NCBI RefSeq assembly: GCF_036321535.1
Contig: NC_087437.1
Coordinates: 42,596,001-42,660,000 of the forward strand
DNA length: 64,000 nucleotides
Reading direction: 5' to 3'
Source of the DNA: Camelus dromedarius
Taxonomy: Eukaryota
Shown: positions 50,796 to 64,000 of the stretch, in pieces
Layout of the letters: the number at the start of each line of letters is the position of its first letter
How positions within the stretch are numbered: position 1 is the stretch's first letter
Notes under the pieces: model-generated
What the model saw: the letters and a program-made list of their open reading frames with translations, nothing else
Databases searched by the model: none
What the model was told of the DNA's origin: nothing
Translations under genes and position numbers: made by a program

Positions 50796-51419
50796 TCTCA
50801 TGTTGCCATTCTTTTCCTGAGCATTTTTTACAAGACTTTATTATCTTTTGTTGGACTTCCATGATGCTAATTTCTTGCTAAACTGTCAACCACTGATGCA
50901 CTCTAAAAACTGTATTACTGTGGTTGATTGAACAGTGATGGTAATTATATTGCCTTTTGATACCTGGCCCTCCTCACCTATCCCTTTCCCATACTTATCT
51001 CAGCAGCAGACATGTGCTCTTCTTTGTTCTGGCTTATTAATCTGACAATGTCAACTTTTCCTTTCCTGGCTGTATCAAGAGATGTGTTATTACTCCCATA
51101 GAAAATTTATACCTGGTTGAAGAGGCGTAGATGAGTAAAATGCATCTCAGATTATGTATGAAAGTTTTGATTTTATTTTGGATGATTATTTTTTTCTATG
51201 TGGAGCCCCAGAATGGAGTTACCAACATTATCAGCAGAAGTTTATTATGTTTATTACAATAAGGCCTGGAGTCATGACCACAGGCGAAAGTACAAGGATG
51301 TGATGCTGACCTCTGTGAGCTGCCAACTTGAGTATTGATGTAACAGCTACATTTGAAAAGAGTAATCAAAATATAAGGCAGTTTTATAGCCATAAGGAAC
51401 TATGCAAATGTTAAGTACA

Positions 51420-52560
51420 TCATGTTACCTAAGAAGTACAGGGCATAAATGCTATAGAATTTTAAAGGGGGAAATGATGACTTTTGGCTGTAATGGACTG
51501 ATTGAGTGCTAAGACCTGAAAAATGGCTATCATTATTTCAAAGTGGTGATGAAAAAAAGAGAGCTTTTGTTTTTTTTTTCCCTTTGTCCAAGAGTCATAT
51601 TACATACAAGGGCATTGAAGGTGGAAAGTATTAATGCAGAATCTGAGGAGAGGCAGAGGGTTTGTGTAAAAGAAAAGAGGGCCAGGAAATTGTGTTGGGG
51701 ACAGATTATGGTAGCCTTGGATTCCAGGCAGATGAGTTTGGACTTTTTCCTATGGAGGTTGGGGAACAATTGAAGGATTGTAATATGGGATCTTAACCCA
51801 GCTGAGATCTCTTGTGTTTAGCAGGAACAGTGACAGCCTCTGGCTGTACTGGGGTGTCTCTACTTTGCTTTTTAGGTATGGATTTAGGAGGAGTGGGAGT
51901 CTTGGTAGGGCCATATGGATTTGGAAGGGATCTGAGTACATGTTTTTGTTAGACTCATGTTTGCATACTTTATGAATTCATTCATTCCACAAAGATGGGG
52001 ACTCTAAGATGAATAAGCCATTTCCTATCATTAACGTCTAATGGAGAGGCAAACATGCACAAAGATAATTATAGTAAAGTGGAATAATTGATATATATAC
52101 ACAAATACAGCTGAGAGAGTTGGTGTGTTCAGGGAGGGAGACCTAGAGAGGAGATGAGAACCTGGTTCAGCCTAAAAAAGTGATGAGGAGGATTAGTCCA
52201 GCAAAGGGAGAATAAGCCTGAGAAAGGCATTCTGGGTATAGGGTACAACCTGAACACAGGTGCACAGCTTAGAAGAAGGAAGAGTGAGACAATCCCATCA
52301 GGACCTTCTTGCTAAGTTTAGAGCAGGCAGGGAAGGCAGGGAGAAGGCATGAAGGAACTTGGATTTTATCCTGCAGGTTTTAGGTATTAAATGACATGGC
52401 AAGTTCTGTGGTTTAGAGAGAGAACCTTGGCAACTTGTTAGAGGATGCATTTGAGGGTGAGAAGACTGGAGATGGGAGATCATTGTCGAAATTCTCCTGA
52501 GAGATAATGAATGAGCCTAAACTAGGCAGTGACTATAGGCTAATAGGAAACTGAGACATT
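51420..52560 (-). mobile_element. Degraded L2 fragments
   Basis: Purine-rich reverse L2 text (gagtttggacttt, aaggaacttggattttatcctg, aattcattcattcc). Confidence 0.5.
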
Positions 52561-53899
52561 GGCACCATTCCTAAGGACAAAGTCAAATGACAAAAGCATG
52601 TGTGAAGGCACTTGAGTCCTTAAATATGGTAATAGTCCAGGTCCTGTGGTGACTCAGTGTCAGATGCTAGGGGCAGTTTCCATAAAAGTATTTCCTGCTA
52701 CTCTTGTGAGAAAAGAAAAATCTAAAAGTGAATTCTTTCCTTTTCCAGATGAATGAACTAATATCTGAGTCTCAAGGAAATCATAAATAATGATAACACA
52801 GTAATGGGTTTGGCCTGAAGCCAACAGTCTAACTCCAGGGTAGAGACTGACTAGTATCACAGAGCAGCATCCAATTAAATAATTCGCTGCCCTGACTCTC
52901 TGAAGAGTGTTTATGGAGTCTGATAAACCCGAGAAGCTTGCTTAGTGCTTATTCTTGAAGGTTTCTTTCTGGGGCATTCCTCTGGGGAACACTCTTATTG
53001 GTGACCTGTCTCCTGCCCCACCATAACCCAGATCACTCTACCATGACCAAGAATTGAGCCCCCATCCTTGGGACGTTTCTTCATCAGCAGAGGGCACCCT
53101 CACCTTTTGGTATGGGTGAAAATCCAGAACATATGTTTCTCTAATCTTAAACATAATCATGAAGTTTTATGCAACTTCTTGGAGAATCAAAGGAAGAAGA
53201 AAGATGAGGAAAAAGCAAAGAATGTCATTTTAGGTCATCCTCAGAAGGGACAAAATCTCAAGAGGAGAGTCTGGCTATGTAAAAACAGACAGTCCTGAAT
53301 CTAATTTTGCTTTCAGTAGTTCACACCAGCAGATTCTGGAGCCAATATAAAATGTAAAGCAGTTGGAAAGAATAGTATACAGAGCAGAAAATAAATCCAT
53401 TCACAGCAGAAGAACAGCTTACAGCAAAACTAGCCAGGACTGTCTTGTAATTCCCTAGAAGTAAGGAAAAAGAATAGTCTTACTGCTTGCCATTCTATCT
53501 CCTAATTTCTGCTTGGGTAGAAAAAAATCTTAGAATAAGTAGAGACTATACAGTCTGGTAACACATCTTAATTATTTATTATATTGTGCAACTGGACCAC
53601 TATCATAAATGCAGCTACATGTTTCTCAAGAGCCTGGGACCTACAGGTAAAGAAAAGAGTGATTAGCTGGCATATGCAGGCTCCAATATGGTAAGCTGGT
53701 TCTTCGGAACTTGGAATCAATTTTCCAGTAGAACCAAAGTATGTATACACTGTGGTGAGGTTTTTAAGGCAGCTAACAGACACCCATTTAAACTACAGTT
53801 TACTAAAATGATATACGTTTTAACAGTTATGCAATCTTTTATTAATAAAATAAAACCAAATAAAGCACCAAATAGTGAAAAAGAAAAGGAGAGGGGAAA

Positions 53900-54125
53900 G
53901 TACTGTGTGGGCCAGTGTGCAGGCTGAAGCTAGGCTGTGGAGCCACACCTCTTACTTTTTCAGGAGATGCTTGACCTTGGAAAAGTCACTTAATCCCAGT
54001 CTTTTTCCGTACATTCTATGGTCCATCTCTAGAATGAAGGTGATTTTAATACTACCAATATTCTGGAAGGTTGTGTGTATAAAAGTAATAATAACTGTAA
54101 AACAATTTGAAATCTATGAAACCTG
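53900..54125 (+). mobile_element. MIR SINE
   Basis: tgaccttggaaaagtcacttaat...catctctagaatgaagg...ggttgtg. Confidence 0.6.
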
Positions 54126-55102
54126 TAACATGAAATCTACACATATTAGGTTGATGCCATTGTTTTCAATACTGGTGTTGTCAACCAAAGGGTGAATGTG
54201 GATGGTGAAGCTGGTTGAGTCGGATGCTCCCAGCTCAGGCAAGCCTGGTTCCTCTACTGAAAGGATAGGAATGGTGTAAACAGTCAGAATGAGTTGAATG
54301 TAGAGCTGGGAGCGAGGTAGCTTTTACCCAGGGAACATCTTTATATTGATGTGGTCAGAATTGTTACACAGGACACTTGTGACACAAGGAGAATGGATCT
54401 TTAAAACGATTTTACATGTGGCATTCTCAATTTAATCCATCTAGAAGAACCACCATACCAAAACACCATCACTAACAATTAAACCTTTTTGCGAAAAGCC
54501 CACAAAGATACAATAAAGAATCTGTTCAAGTGTTAACAGCTCACTGGTGGAAGACTGGCTCACTCTTCCAAGATAGCAGAGGCCTATCCAAGTAACATGC
54601 AAGAATTTTCTGATTTTTATGAGTGATATATATGCAGGGTGGACATTCGGCAATATTATGATATGTTCAGATTTGCTCTCTGCACTTTTCTAGACTCCTT
54701 TAAATAGTCCATGCCACTGTTCTGGCATCTCCTTTCTTTCCTTTCACTGTATTCTCCTTATATTTTGGCCACCAGAGATCTCCCATGGTGAAGCCCACCT
54801 TCTCCTGTCCTCAGGCTAGTGTTATAGGATTCAGTTTCTCCTTTTCTCAATACTTCCCTTCATTCAAGCATGTAATTTTTTTCAAGGCAATGGTACATCT
54901 AGAGATAGGTAGATAATTTGTGAGGCATCAAAAAATTCTCCAGCAGCCAAAATGCTCAATGACTTAAAGTGCCAAAAATGACACATTAGTCACTTCTTTA
55001 GGTTGCAGTTTAAATGGTAATGTACATTTGTGTCTTTTCTGAAAATAAAGGCATTATCATTCATTATTAACTTTGAATGAATTATTTTCATCAGATTGGC
55101 AG

Positions 55103-55352
55103 AGGCAATATGTTGCAGGGATTGAGGACTCAGATGTGGGAGCTAGCCTGCCTTTGAATTTCAACTTTGCCGTTTGCTCTCTGTATGACTTTTGACTTAA
55201 CCTCTCTGCGCCTCAGTTTCCTCATAATACCATGAGGATAATAATAGGTGCCAGGCTCACAGGATTGTTAGGAGGATTAAATGCTCCATTATATGAAATG
55301 CACGTCGAGCACTGTCTGATACTTGAAAGTACTTGATTTGCAAATTATTATT
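55103..55352 (+). mobile_element. MIR SINE
   Basis: acttaacctctctgcgcctcagtttcctcat...ctcacaggattgttaggaggattaaatg. Confidence 0.8.
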
Positions 55353-55724
55353 CTGCCCAGGCACTAACAGTGGTATTTAGGAGAATGAAATATACATTGC
55401 TTCTTTGAGAAGCTAATACCCAAACAGGCTTATTTAGACTGCTTCAAAAGTGTATTGATCTCCATTGTTATTAAAGTTTTTTCTTGCACTTAAAAAACGT
55501 ATCGAAGCTTTTAACTAATATAGGTAGTGTAGTTTTGTGAGCCTGCAACAAGAATGCCACATGTGCAGCCTTCTTAAACCCTTATTGCATTTAAATACTC
55601 TTGTCTTCCACACTGTGTTATAAGCAATAACACATTGCTTGTAAGTCTTCTCTTTGAGCCTTTTAACTCCCTCTTGTAGATTAGTTATTGGTATTCTTTA
55701 AAGTCATCTCTGATACAGTATAAT

Positions 55725-55932
55725 TTTGTGGAGGGCAGGGATCACATCTCATTTATTATTATGAATTCTCCAGAGACTTGGTACATGATTATCAAATGAA
55801 TGAATAATTGAAAGATCTGTAAGGACAGAGATTTTTGAAATTTTGTTCATTGCTGTATCCCCCAGCATCTAGAACAGTGACTGGCACATAGTAGGTGGTC
55901 AATAAATAGTTGCTAATGATTTCATTAAATGA
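55725..55932 (+). mobile_element. Two adjacent L2 3' tails
   Basis: gagggcagggatcacatctc...aaatgaatgaat and ttgttcattgctgtatcccccagcatctagaacagtgactggcacatagtaggtggtcaataaata. Confidence 0.75.
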
Positions 55933-56694
55933 AGGGAGGCACAGATTTGCTGTTGAAGTTAAAATGGCATTCTATATATGAAACTGAATTTTCCACTGAA
56001 TTATATTAAATATTTTGAGCCCTGTTCCTCTAGGGAAAAAAAAAAACATGTGCATTGGGGAAGTGAACTATGCCATGCAGGCTAGGACATTTTCTTGCTC
56101 ATTTGGATATTTCTCTGCAGGTAGGGGAGAGTAGAAATAGTTATCCATAAGCTGTATTCTCCTGTCTCTAGGCAATAGCTATCATTTATTCACTTATTCA
56201 TTCAACCGAAAGCTCCGGACACCTTGGTTTGTGAAAGACACCATGGCCGATGATGGGTGGCATGAAGCAGGGAGCGTACGCAAAGATGTCGATGCCAGGG
56301 TTTATGTCTGAGTAGCTGAAATGAAGTGTAGTGCTCTCTCCCATTGGAAATAAAGTGTGATGATCTCATTCAGTCCACTTCTAAGAGAAACTGCATTGCC
56401 CGTGCCTCCTGGTGAAAAAGCAGGTCTTTGTGATTCTCATCCTCTTGGCCAAAACATGCATGACTAACAATCACAGGTATTAGAACTAGGCTATTCCAAA
56501 GAGGAACAGTCACTAGTGGGAGGAGAACAGAAAAGAAAAACAAAGTGATCTGAACTCTTTCAAGGTCCCCTGTCCTGCAGCTTCCGCTACACTTTAGGTT
56601 ACCTTGATAGATAAACATCTTAAGAGTAACATGTTTGTTCAGGAGAAGACTTCAGGCGAGTGTTTAGTACTGAGATGACCATGTTCTTGGCTTC

Positions 56695-56821
56695 AGGTAA
56701 CCATACACCTAGGTTTTCCCAAGGCAATCCTAGTCTATGCCTGTTGTCCGAGGGTAATTAACAGAGGCCTTTTCACTATCATAATTTTCCTGTTTTAGAT
56801 GATAAATGATGTGGTCTCCTA
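56695..56821. mobile_element. MER94-like hAT-Blackjack MITE
   Basis: ggtaaccatac...tatgcctgttgtcc...ttttcact...gatgataaatgatgtggtctcct with degenerate terminal inverted repeats. Confidence 0.7.
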
Positions 56822-59800
56822 TTCTCTCAGCGGGGAACTGCTTTAGAGCATGAATGCATTGTTACATGCCATCCTCCATGGTTCAGTGTACCTGTTTAAT
56901 CCTCTAGAGAGAATTGTTAATCTTTTCTTTAGTAGAATTGTAAGCTCTTCATGGACAAGAATCTTATTTTCTGCTTCTTCTATTCCTTCTTCCCGGCATA
57001 GCTGATTATATAGTAGCTTGCAATATATTCTTATTAAATTTTATTTAGCTTTTCCCCTGACTTAAGATTCTTTGGAAAAAATTCATACATGTGCATTTTC
57101 CCTATTAGATGTATATATTCTTTGAGTTACATGTATTTATTCCTCAGATACATTCTATAAGAAAGTCATCCAGCAAGTTATCAGTGGATGTAATCCATAG
57201 AAACCTTGATTTATGCTGAAATTGTGCTTTCTAGATGCTCATTTTGTAGCTTTTAATTTATAGATTGGAATCAGAAAGGCTGGTTAATAAACATTAGAGT
57301 GTATTTCACTACTTCACAGATTATCCAACACACACAAAAACTACACTAGCATAAACTAACATTTTTAGTTACTGTTTTTTAGATGAAAAGAGAACACAAG
57401 CAAGGATGAAGAAAAAAGAAAAAAAGAGATTACAGATTTGGTGAACATCATAAAGAAAGTTAAATAGTTGGGAATTAAAATGGTATGCATTTTAAAGCAA
57501 ACAACTGTTTGTTTATTGAGCACTTATTATGTATCACTTACAAGTAATACTTATGTTATTGAGCTTTTGGGACAGAATACATGGAAGACCTTAGAAGTGA
57601 GTTCTAGCACTGCAAATGTTGAGTTCACAAGGTAATCACTCTTCCACTAGGAGACGTTTGTGCACCCTTAAACGGGTTCATGGTATTGATTTAAGGAAAC
57701 ATTTACATTTCTTTGGGGGCACAGTACACTATCCATCTATTTATTTAGGTGCTTGCTTGAAGGGGGTTTAATATAGGCAGAGACAGTGTTCTTTTTTTCC
57801 TTAAACCACAGCTTGCATGATGTTTGTCTTATTTTTTAATTTGTGTTTTTAGTTTTTCAAATGTGCCCATAGGCGTTAAGTAATGGTAGCATATTTATAA
57901 ATTAAAATATAAATAAATAATTTCAGAAAGCATTAACAGCTGGCAAATATTTTTTCATGTGAGTTGTTTTTAAAGAAAGAAATAAACAGTTCTGTGAGCA
58001 TGGAGGAAAAAAACATACCAGGTTACAGAAGAGTAGACTGCAGCAAGAACCTCTTAAAATTCTAAATTTCATGAAAACCTGAAAAGAATAAATATATCCC
58101 TTGAAGGAAGGTGTGAGACTTGAGAGTGTGTCTGGGTTGGCAGGGAAGAGTGACGGCTAGGGTAGTTCAGTATGAATTTTAAGTATCTAATATTCATGAC
58201 GAGTGTAGTGGAGACCCTGCTTCGTATTGCCTCATATAATACATTTGATTATGAGTAGAAGAGATTTAATAGTAGCTCTGTTAAGTGAACTTGTGAACTG
58301 TTATTAGTGTCCTGGGGATGATCAAAAGGTAAGACACAGGTACAAATGGTATCCATTTCAGCTCTTCCTGTTTCTTCTTATCAAAGAGTTGGGGCTTGCA
58401 TCCCTGAAGACATCCTTTGAAGAAGGATGAAGCCATCCATTGAAGACAATGCAATCATTTGTGCAGGAGAGGCAGGGATTTAGGAATCTAGTGCCATGGC
58501 CAGGATTTTATAGAATTTATTCAAGGAAGGCAAAATCTTTCACAGAAATCAATTGTTAGAGACTCGTGACTCTAAGATACTCTTTTGAGCAGTTACACTT
58601 AGAACATAACAAACCTAGGGAAAGACTATTAGGGAATCCCCAAGGAAGTGTGCAGACTACAGTAGCAGAGAGAGAGTTGAGTCCTTTTAGCCCCTGAGAC
58701 TGGACCTTGTTCCCAGTTCCCTCATGAGGAACCCAGAGACTAAACAATGATATGAAACCCCAGTAACAGCAAGATCACATTATGCGTGCATTTAACCTAG
58801 TTGGATTCCAAAATATTGATCAAAAGATAAAAGGGAAGATGACAATTTAAAGTGTCCAGTGTCAGCTTGCCATTTTAGTCAATAAGCTTAAGCCCAGAGG
58901 TGAATGGAGTCAGTCAAATCAGCAATAATCATTGCAAGTTTGAAAGCTGTTTTTAAAATGTGAGAAAGATGTAAGGGTTTCCCTGATCAGTGGAAAAGAA
59001 ATCTGCCAGACAAGTGGCTGAGCCTCCAGGCCTTACAGGAAAAACTTAGATAAATGAGGGCTAAGGAAGAGTTAGATGGGCTGATAAAGTCATCTGTGGA
59101 AAATGGAATGACGGCAGTGAAAAAGAAGGGCCAACAAAATAGAATCTTCATTAATTTGCCGAAGTGTTCCAAGCAGAGATATCTTTGAGTGACAGTTTTA
59201 AAATATATTATCTCTGTGGAATCATACATTGAACATTACAGTAAATACTAAATTTTTGTGAGCATATTTGTATGTAGGTTGTATATGCAAAACCATGTAC
59301 ATGATGGTGGTGGATAGTACAAAAGACTTAAAAGACTTTGAAGGATTTTTCTGACTTTACCTTCTTCTTTTTTTTTTTTTGGCTTTAGATAATGACATTA
59401 AAAACTAACCTCTTCATATCATACTTTGCTACTCTGTTCTTCTTCTAGACAGCCTGTGAGTCAGCTCCCAGGAATCCCAAGTAAGGTGGAGGAGAGGTGA
59501 ACTCTTGTGTTATGCAGGTGGGATTTAAGTCAGTGTATGAAGTTGCTGCCATTATTATGATTTGAGTTGTGTTCATAGGTTGATAAGGCTTGAGGAAACT
59601 CAAGTCACGTAAGATGTTTTCATTACAGAGTCTGGGTCAAATTATTCCCAGTAAATTCTTTTGTTGGCTTTTATAAAGTTTTGTAATATGGTGCTTCCCT
59701 TTCATTCTGTATTTTTATATATGGACATCTGGTCTAAGGGGATCTAATCTACTTTACTATTAGATTTAAGATTTTGACACCCAGATTATGTTAATATAGA

Positions 59801-59949
59801 TAAGAAGCCCTCTTTTGGAGAATTTGTTCTTTATAGAGTGGATTAAAATGCCAGTGTATTACAGTATGAATTTAAATAGAAATAATACCATTTTTTAATT
59901 TCAGAGTACTCTATTTGTGATACTTTATGTGCTTTCATATGCATTGAAA

Positions 59950-61065
59950 TTTCAGTTCCACAAATATTTATATTGTGGCCGATGTGACTGAGTCATGAAG
60001 ATGGGTAGTAAAGGTATAAAAGGTGAGTTGGTCAGTTTTTCATCTTCAAGAAACCCATGATCTTTTAAGATAAATTGACATTTATAAGAATAATTATGAC
60101 ATAGAATGCACACTAGTAGCTGTCAAAACCAGGCACAGAAGTAGTACGGAAAAATAAAAATTAATCCTATTGGGAGAAAATGGAGTCAGGAAAACCTTCC
60201 CAGGGAGGTGGGCCCCAAGAAAGGCTTAAGAGATGACCAAAGAGGGAAAAGCTATTCTGAGCAGAGAAGATGGACTGTGCAAAAGCATGAAATAGCATGT
60301 ATGCTGTGCTTGGGTAGTATATCAGTACTGAAAAGTGTGCATGCATCTGTATGTGTATGTGTGTAGAGGAGGCTGGACAGATAAGCAGGGTCTTAATTAT
60401 AAGAGACCTTTAAAAAAATTTTTGGCCAAGATTTATTCCATAGATTATGGAGAGCCATTTAAAGTAATTAGTCTGGAGAGAGATGTGTTCAAATTTGTTC
60501 TGTAAATAAAACATACTACACATACTGTTTTTTTTTAACCTGCTCTGAAGAATGAACAGTATGATGAGAGTATCTTCCACATTATTAAATATTTATCTGT
60601 CCGCTAATTAAAATGGTTGCATTGTATTCCATGGATATTTTCACCATTTATTTAATCAGACCCTTATGTTAGACAGTAAAGATGTTGGGAGAGTTAGGTT
60701 TTTGAGAGCAATAAAGAGTTCAGTTTATAACATGTTTTAATTGAGATGCTTATAATACAGCCAAATGGGGATAACCAGAAGGTGCTTGAATATATAAATG
60801 TGAAGACAGGGAGCAAGATCTGAGAATGTAGACATAAATTTAGAGTCATTAGTATATTGATTAGTTGAAGCCAGGAGAGGGAATTTAATGGCCAAGGAAA
60901 AGTAAACACAATTTATAAAAAAGAGTAAGGGGATAGAACCTTTGAAAATACTGATTTTTAAGCAGTAGGTTGAGGAATAAGAGACTGAGAAGGAAAAGTC
61001 AAAGAAGTAGGAAAACACATCCAGAGAATATGATGTCAGGAAATCCAAGGGAAAGGAGAAAGTTG
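59950..61065 (-). mobile_element. Degraded L2, reverse orientation
   Basis: agagttcagttt...catgtt...ttgagatgc...atataaatgtg...gagtcattagtatat...gttgaagcca. Confidence 0.55.
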
Positions 61066-61544
61066 ATTCTCGTAACAACTTTTGGAGACACGAGTCCAGG
61101 TACTATGATTATTATTATTCTCATTCATAGGGGGCTAAGGATCTTGCTGAGGCCAATGCAATTATAAGTGATAAAACTGGATTGCTGATCTTGATTGTCT
61201 AACCCCAGTTCTAATGAAGTTAGCACAGAATTTTATGATTCAGATAATTAAAGAAGAGTATAAAAGAATAGCAGAATAAGCTTCAAAAGCTAAAATTAAG
61301 ATGGAATCTGTAGGAGAAATAAGATGTAGGAAAAGAACATGTTCTTAAATTATAGCAGGCAAAGGATATCCCAAAATAGGTTGGGAGAGAGAGATGATAA
61401 AAATGTCTTTAAAATGTTAAGTCTTGGCTTTCAAATTTGGGAATGTGGTGGATAAGATGATCAGAGAAACCCTACCCAGAACAGCTGATACTCTTAAACA
61501 AGACAGACTGAAAACAAACATCACGAACAGGTGTTTTAAAATTT

Positions 61545-64000
61545 TTTTCCTTTTTGAAAGAATTTAAAATTTACAGAAAAGTTGCAAAAATAGAGAGTTA
61601 AAATATATCCTTCCACCCAGTATTCCCTAGCTTCCTCTAATTTTAACTACTTACATAAATATAGTGCAATGAATAAAACCAGGAAATTAATATTGGCACA
61701 TTGCTATTAACTGAACTACAGATTTTTTAAAATTTCGTCAGTTGTTTTTTTCCCTTAATGCCCTTTTGTTTTTGTTGTTCCAGGATCCAATGAAGGATCC
61801 CACAATATATTTAGTTGTGTTTCCTTAGTGTCCTCCATTCTTTGATATTTCCTTATTTTTTCCTTTTCTTGAACCTTTTAATGCATACTGACTGGTTATT
61901 ATGTAGAATGTGTCCCAAATTGAGTTTGCCTGCTGTTTTCTCATGATTAGAGTGAAATTATGCATTTTAGGCAAGAACATTATCAAAGTGTTGTTCTTCT
62001 CACTGCATACAATCAGGGGGTACAATGTTGATGTTTCATTACTGATGATGTTAACCTTGATCATTTGATTAAGGTGATATTAGCTGGTTTTCTTCACCAG
62101 AAAGTTACTAGGTTTCCCTTTTCAATTGATAAATATTTGGGGGAGATATTTTGAGACTATGCTAATATTATATTTCTCCTCAAATGTTTGCCTACTAACT
62201 TTAACACCCATTAGAGGATCTTTTAAAAAGCTATGTAAATTTTTAAAATTTTTTAAATTAATAAACTTTATTTTTTTAAGCAGCTTTAGGTTCACAGCAA
62301 AACCTAAAAGTAGAAAGTAGAAAAGTAGAAAATAGGGAGATTTCCCATATATTTCCTGTCTCTACAGACTCAGACCTACCCCAGCTATCTATATCCCACA
62401 CCACATGGTACATTGTTATAATCAGTGAACCTACATTGGCATATTGTTTTCATTCAAAGTCCATAGCTTATATTAGGGTTCACTCTTGGTGTTGAATGTC
62501 TTATGGGTTTTGACAAATGTTTAATGACATATATCCACCGTTGTAGTAATAGAGTTTCTACATTATCTTATAGGAGTTTTATAGTTTTGTGTCTTGCATT
62601 TAGGTCTGTGATCCACTTTGAGTTAATTTTTTGTGAAAATGTAAGGCCTGTGTCTAGAGTGAGTGAGTGAGTGTGTGTGTGTGTGTGTGTGTGTCCAGCT
62701 ATTTCAGCACCGTTTGTTGAAAAGACAATCTTTGCTCTGTTGTATTGCCTTTGTTCTTTTGTCAAAGGTCAGTTGACTATATTTATGTGGGTCTATTTTG
62801 GTTCTCTGCTCTATTCCATTGATCTGTTTGTTTATTTTTTTCCCAATACCATACTGTCTTGATTACTGTAGCTTTATAGTAAATCTTGAAGTTGGGTAGT
62901 GTTAGTTTTCCAACTTTGCTCTTCTCTTTTAAGATTGAGTTAACTGTTCTCTATCTTTTGTCTCTCTATATCAACTTTAGAATTGAGTTGTTGATATCCA
63001 CAAAATAGCTTGATGGGATTTTGATTGGAATGAATCTATAGATCAAGGAGGGAAGAACTGACATCTTGACAACATTGTGTCTTTCTATCCTTGAACATAG
63101 ACTATCTCTCTACTTATTTAGTACTTCTTTGATATATTTAATCTGAGCTTTGTAGTTTTCATCATATATTTTGTTAGTTTTATACCTAAGTATTTCATTT
63201 GTTTGGATGCTAATGTACATGGTAATATGTTTTAAATTTCAAATTCCACTTATTTATTTCTGGTATATAGGAAGCAACTGACTTTTGCATATTCGGCTTG
63301 CACCTTGCACCCTTGTTATAATTGCTTATTAGTTGCAGGATTTTTTTTTAAATCAGTTCTTTCAGATTTTTTACGTAGGTTATCTGAGAATAAAGGCAAT
63401 TTTGTTTCTTCCTTCCCGAACTGTATACTTTTCCCTTGGCTTATTGCCTTAGCTAGAACTTCTAGTATAGTGTTGAACAGGAGTTGTGAAAGTGGACGTC
63501 TTTACCTTATACCTGATATTAGTGGGAAAGCTTCCATTTTCTCATCAAGTATAATATCTATAGGTTTTTATTGTAGGTATTTATCAAATTGAGGAAGTTT
63601 CTCTTTGTTATTAGCTTTCTGGGCATTTTTATCATAAGTGAATATTGGATTTTGTCACATGATTTTTCAGCATCTATTGATATAATCATATGCTTTTTCA
63701 GAGTATTGATGTGATGGGTTACATTAATTGATTTTCAGATACTGAACAAACATTGCATATTTAGGGTAAATCCCGCTTGATCATGGTATATAATCTCTTA
63801 ATATATTGCTAGATTCAATTTGCTAATATTCTGTTTAGGACTTTGCATCTATGTTTGTGAGAAATATTGGTCTGTAGTTTTCTTTTCTTGAAATGTCTTT
63901 GTCTTATTTTGGCATTAGGATAATGCTAGCTTCATAGAATGAGTTAGAAAATATTTTCCCTGGTCTTATATTCTGGAAGAGATTGTACAGAAATGGTATA
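61545..64000 (-). mobile_element. Composite old L1 block: L1MC-like 3' end (~61545-62215), L1MA/MB-like 3' end (~62255-62550) and ORF2 region running off the window
   Basis: ORF 62568..62765 has QKINSKWITDLNARHKTIKLL (L1 ORF2); typical reverse L1 text ttgttgaaaagac, ttgattactgtagctttatagtaaatcttgaa, gggattttgattgg. Confidence 0.9.
62657..62694. repeat. (GAGT)n(GT)n microsatellite inside L1
   Basis: Read directly. Confidence 0.9.

Noticed and set aside
53568..53640. Minus-strand acceptor-like ctcttttctttacctgtag as a possible upstream SPATA16 exon
   Set aside because: Translation does not match the expected upstream SPATA16 peptide (..NHLRQA..ERYSEAAR) and all frames stop soon; that exon must lie beyond the window
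1..64000. CRISPR arrays, operons, tRNA/rRNA genes or other prokaryotic systems
   Set aside because: The sequence is spliced mammalian intron/exon DNA; no repeat-spacer array or structured RNA gene was recognisable

Overview
Mammalian genomic DNA (AT-rich, CpG-depleted, rich in old repeats) lying inside the testis/spermiogenesis gene SPATA16 on the minus strand. Four consecutive GT-AG coding exons can be read directly: 42182-42266 (85 nt), 22728-22875 (148 nt), 5640-5786 (147 nt) and 4472-4584 (113 nt, not shown in the ORF track). They splice in compatible phase into ...SAMIADYMFWLCGGSEQCISKLIKLYWQ|AMIEEAITRTESFSVMYTPFATKIRADKIEKVKEVFTKTHPAYVDYIYT|DLQGFHMLPQTVDWSSFPPQQYLLTLGFKSKEDGKFLEKVSSRKLPTFT|EHKTPFGLLTREDTVRHMETMGKRILPILDFIRSTQLN..., which I recognise from memory as the post-TPR part of SPATA16 (about exons 5-8 in human numbering). 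The rest is intron: MIR, L2, L1, MaLR/ERVL LTRs, a MER21-like ERVL remnant with internal sequence, hAT DNA transposons including a ~1.2 kb Charlie/Buster transposase fossil, microsatellites and a few candidate regulatory elements. I saw no Alu, B1, Bov-tA, PRE-1 or SINEC elements, and the L1 3' ends look cetartiodactyl (camelid is my guess). I found no convincing novel biological system; the best leads are a phase-compatible candidate alternative terminal exon, an orphan poly(A)-tailed insert inside an LTR and a CpG-rich CTCF/RFX element. Repeat boundaries and family names are by eye and approximate.
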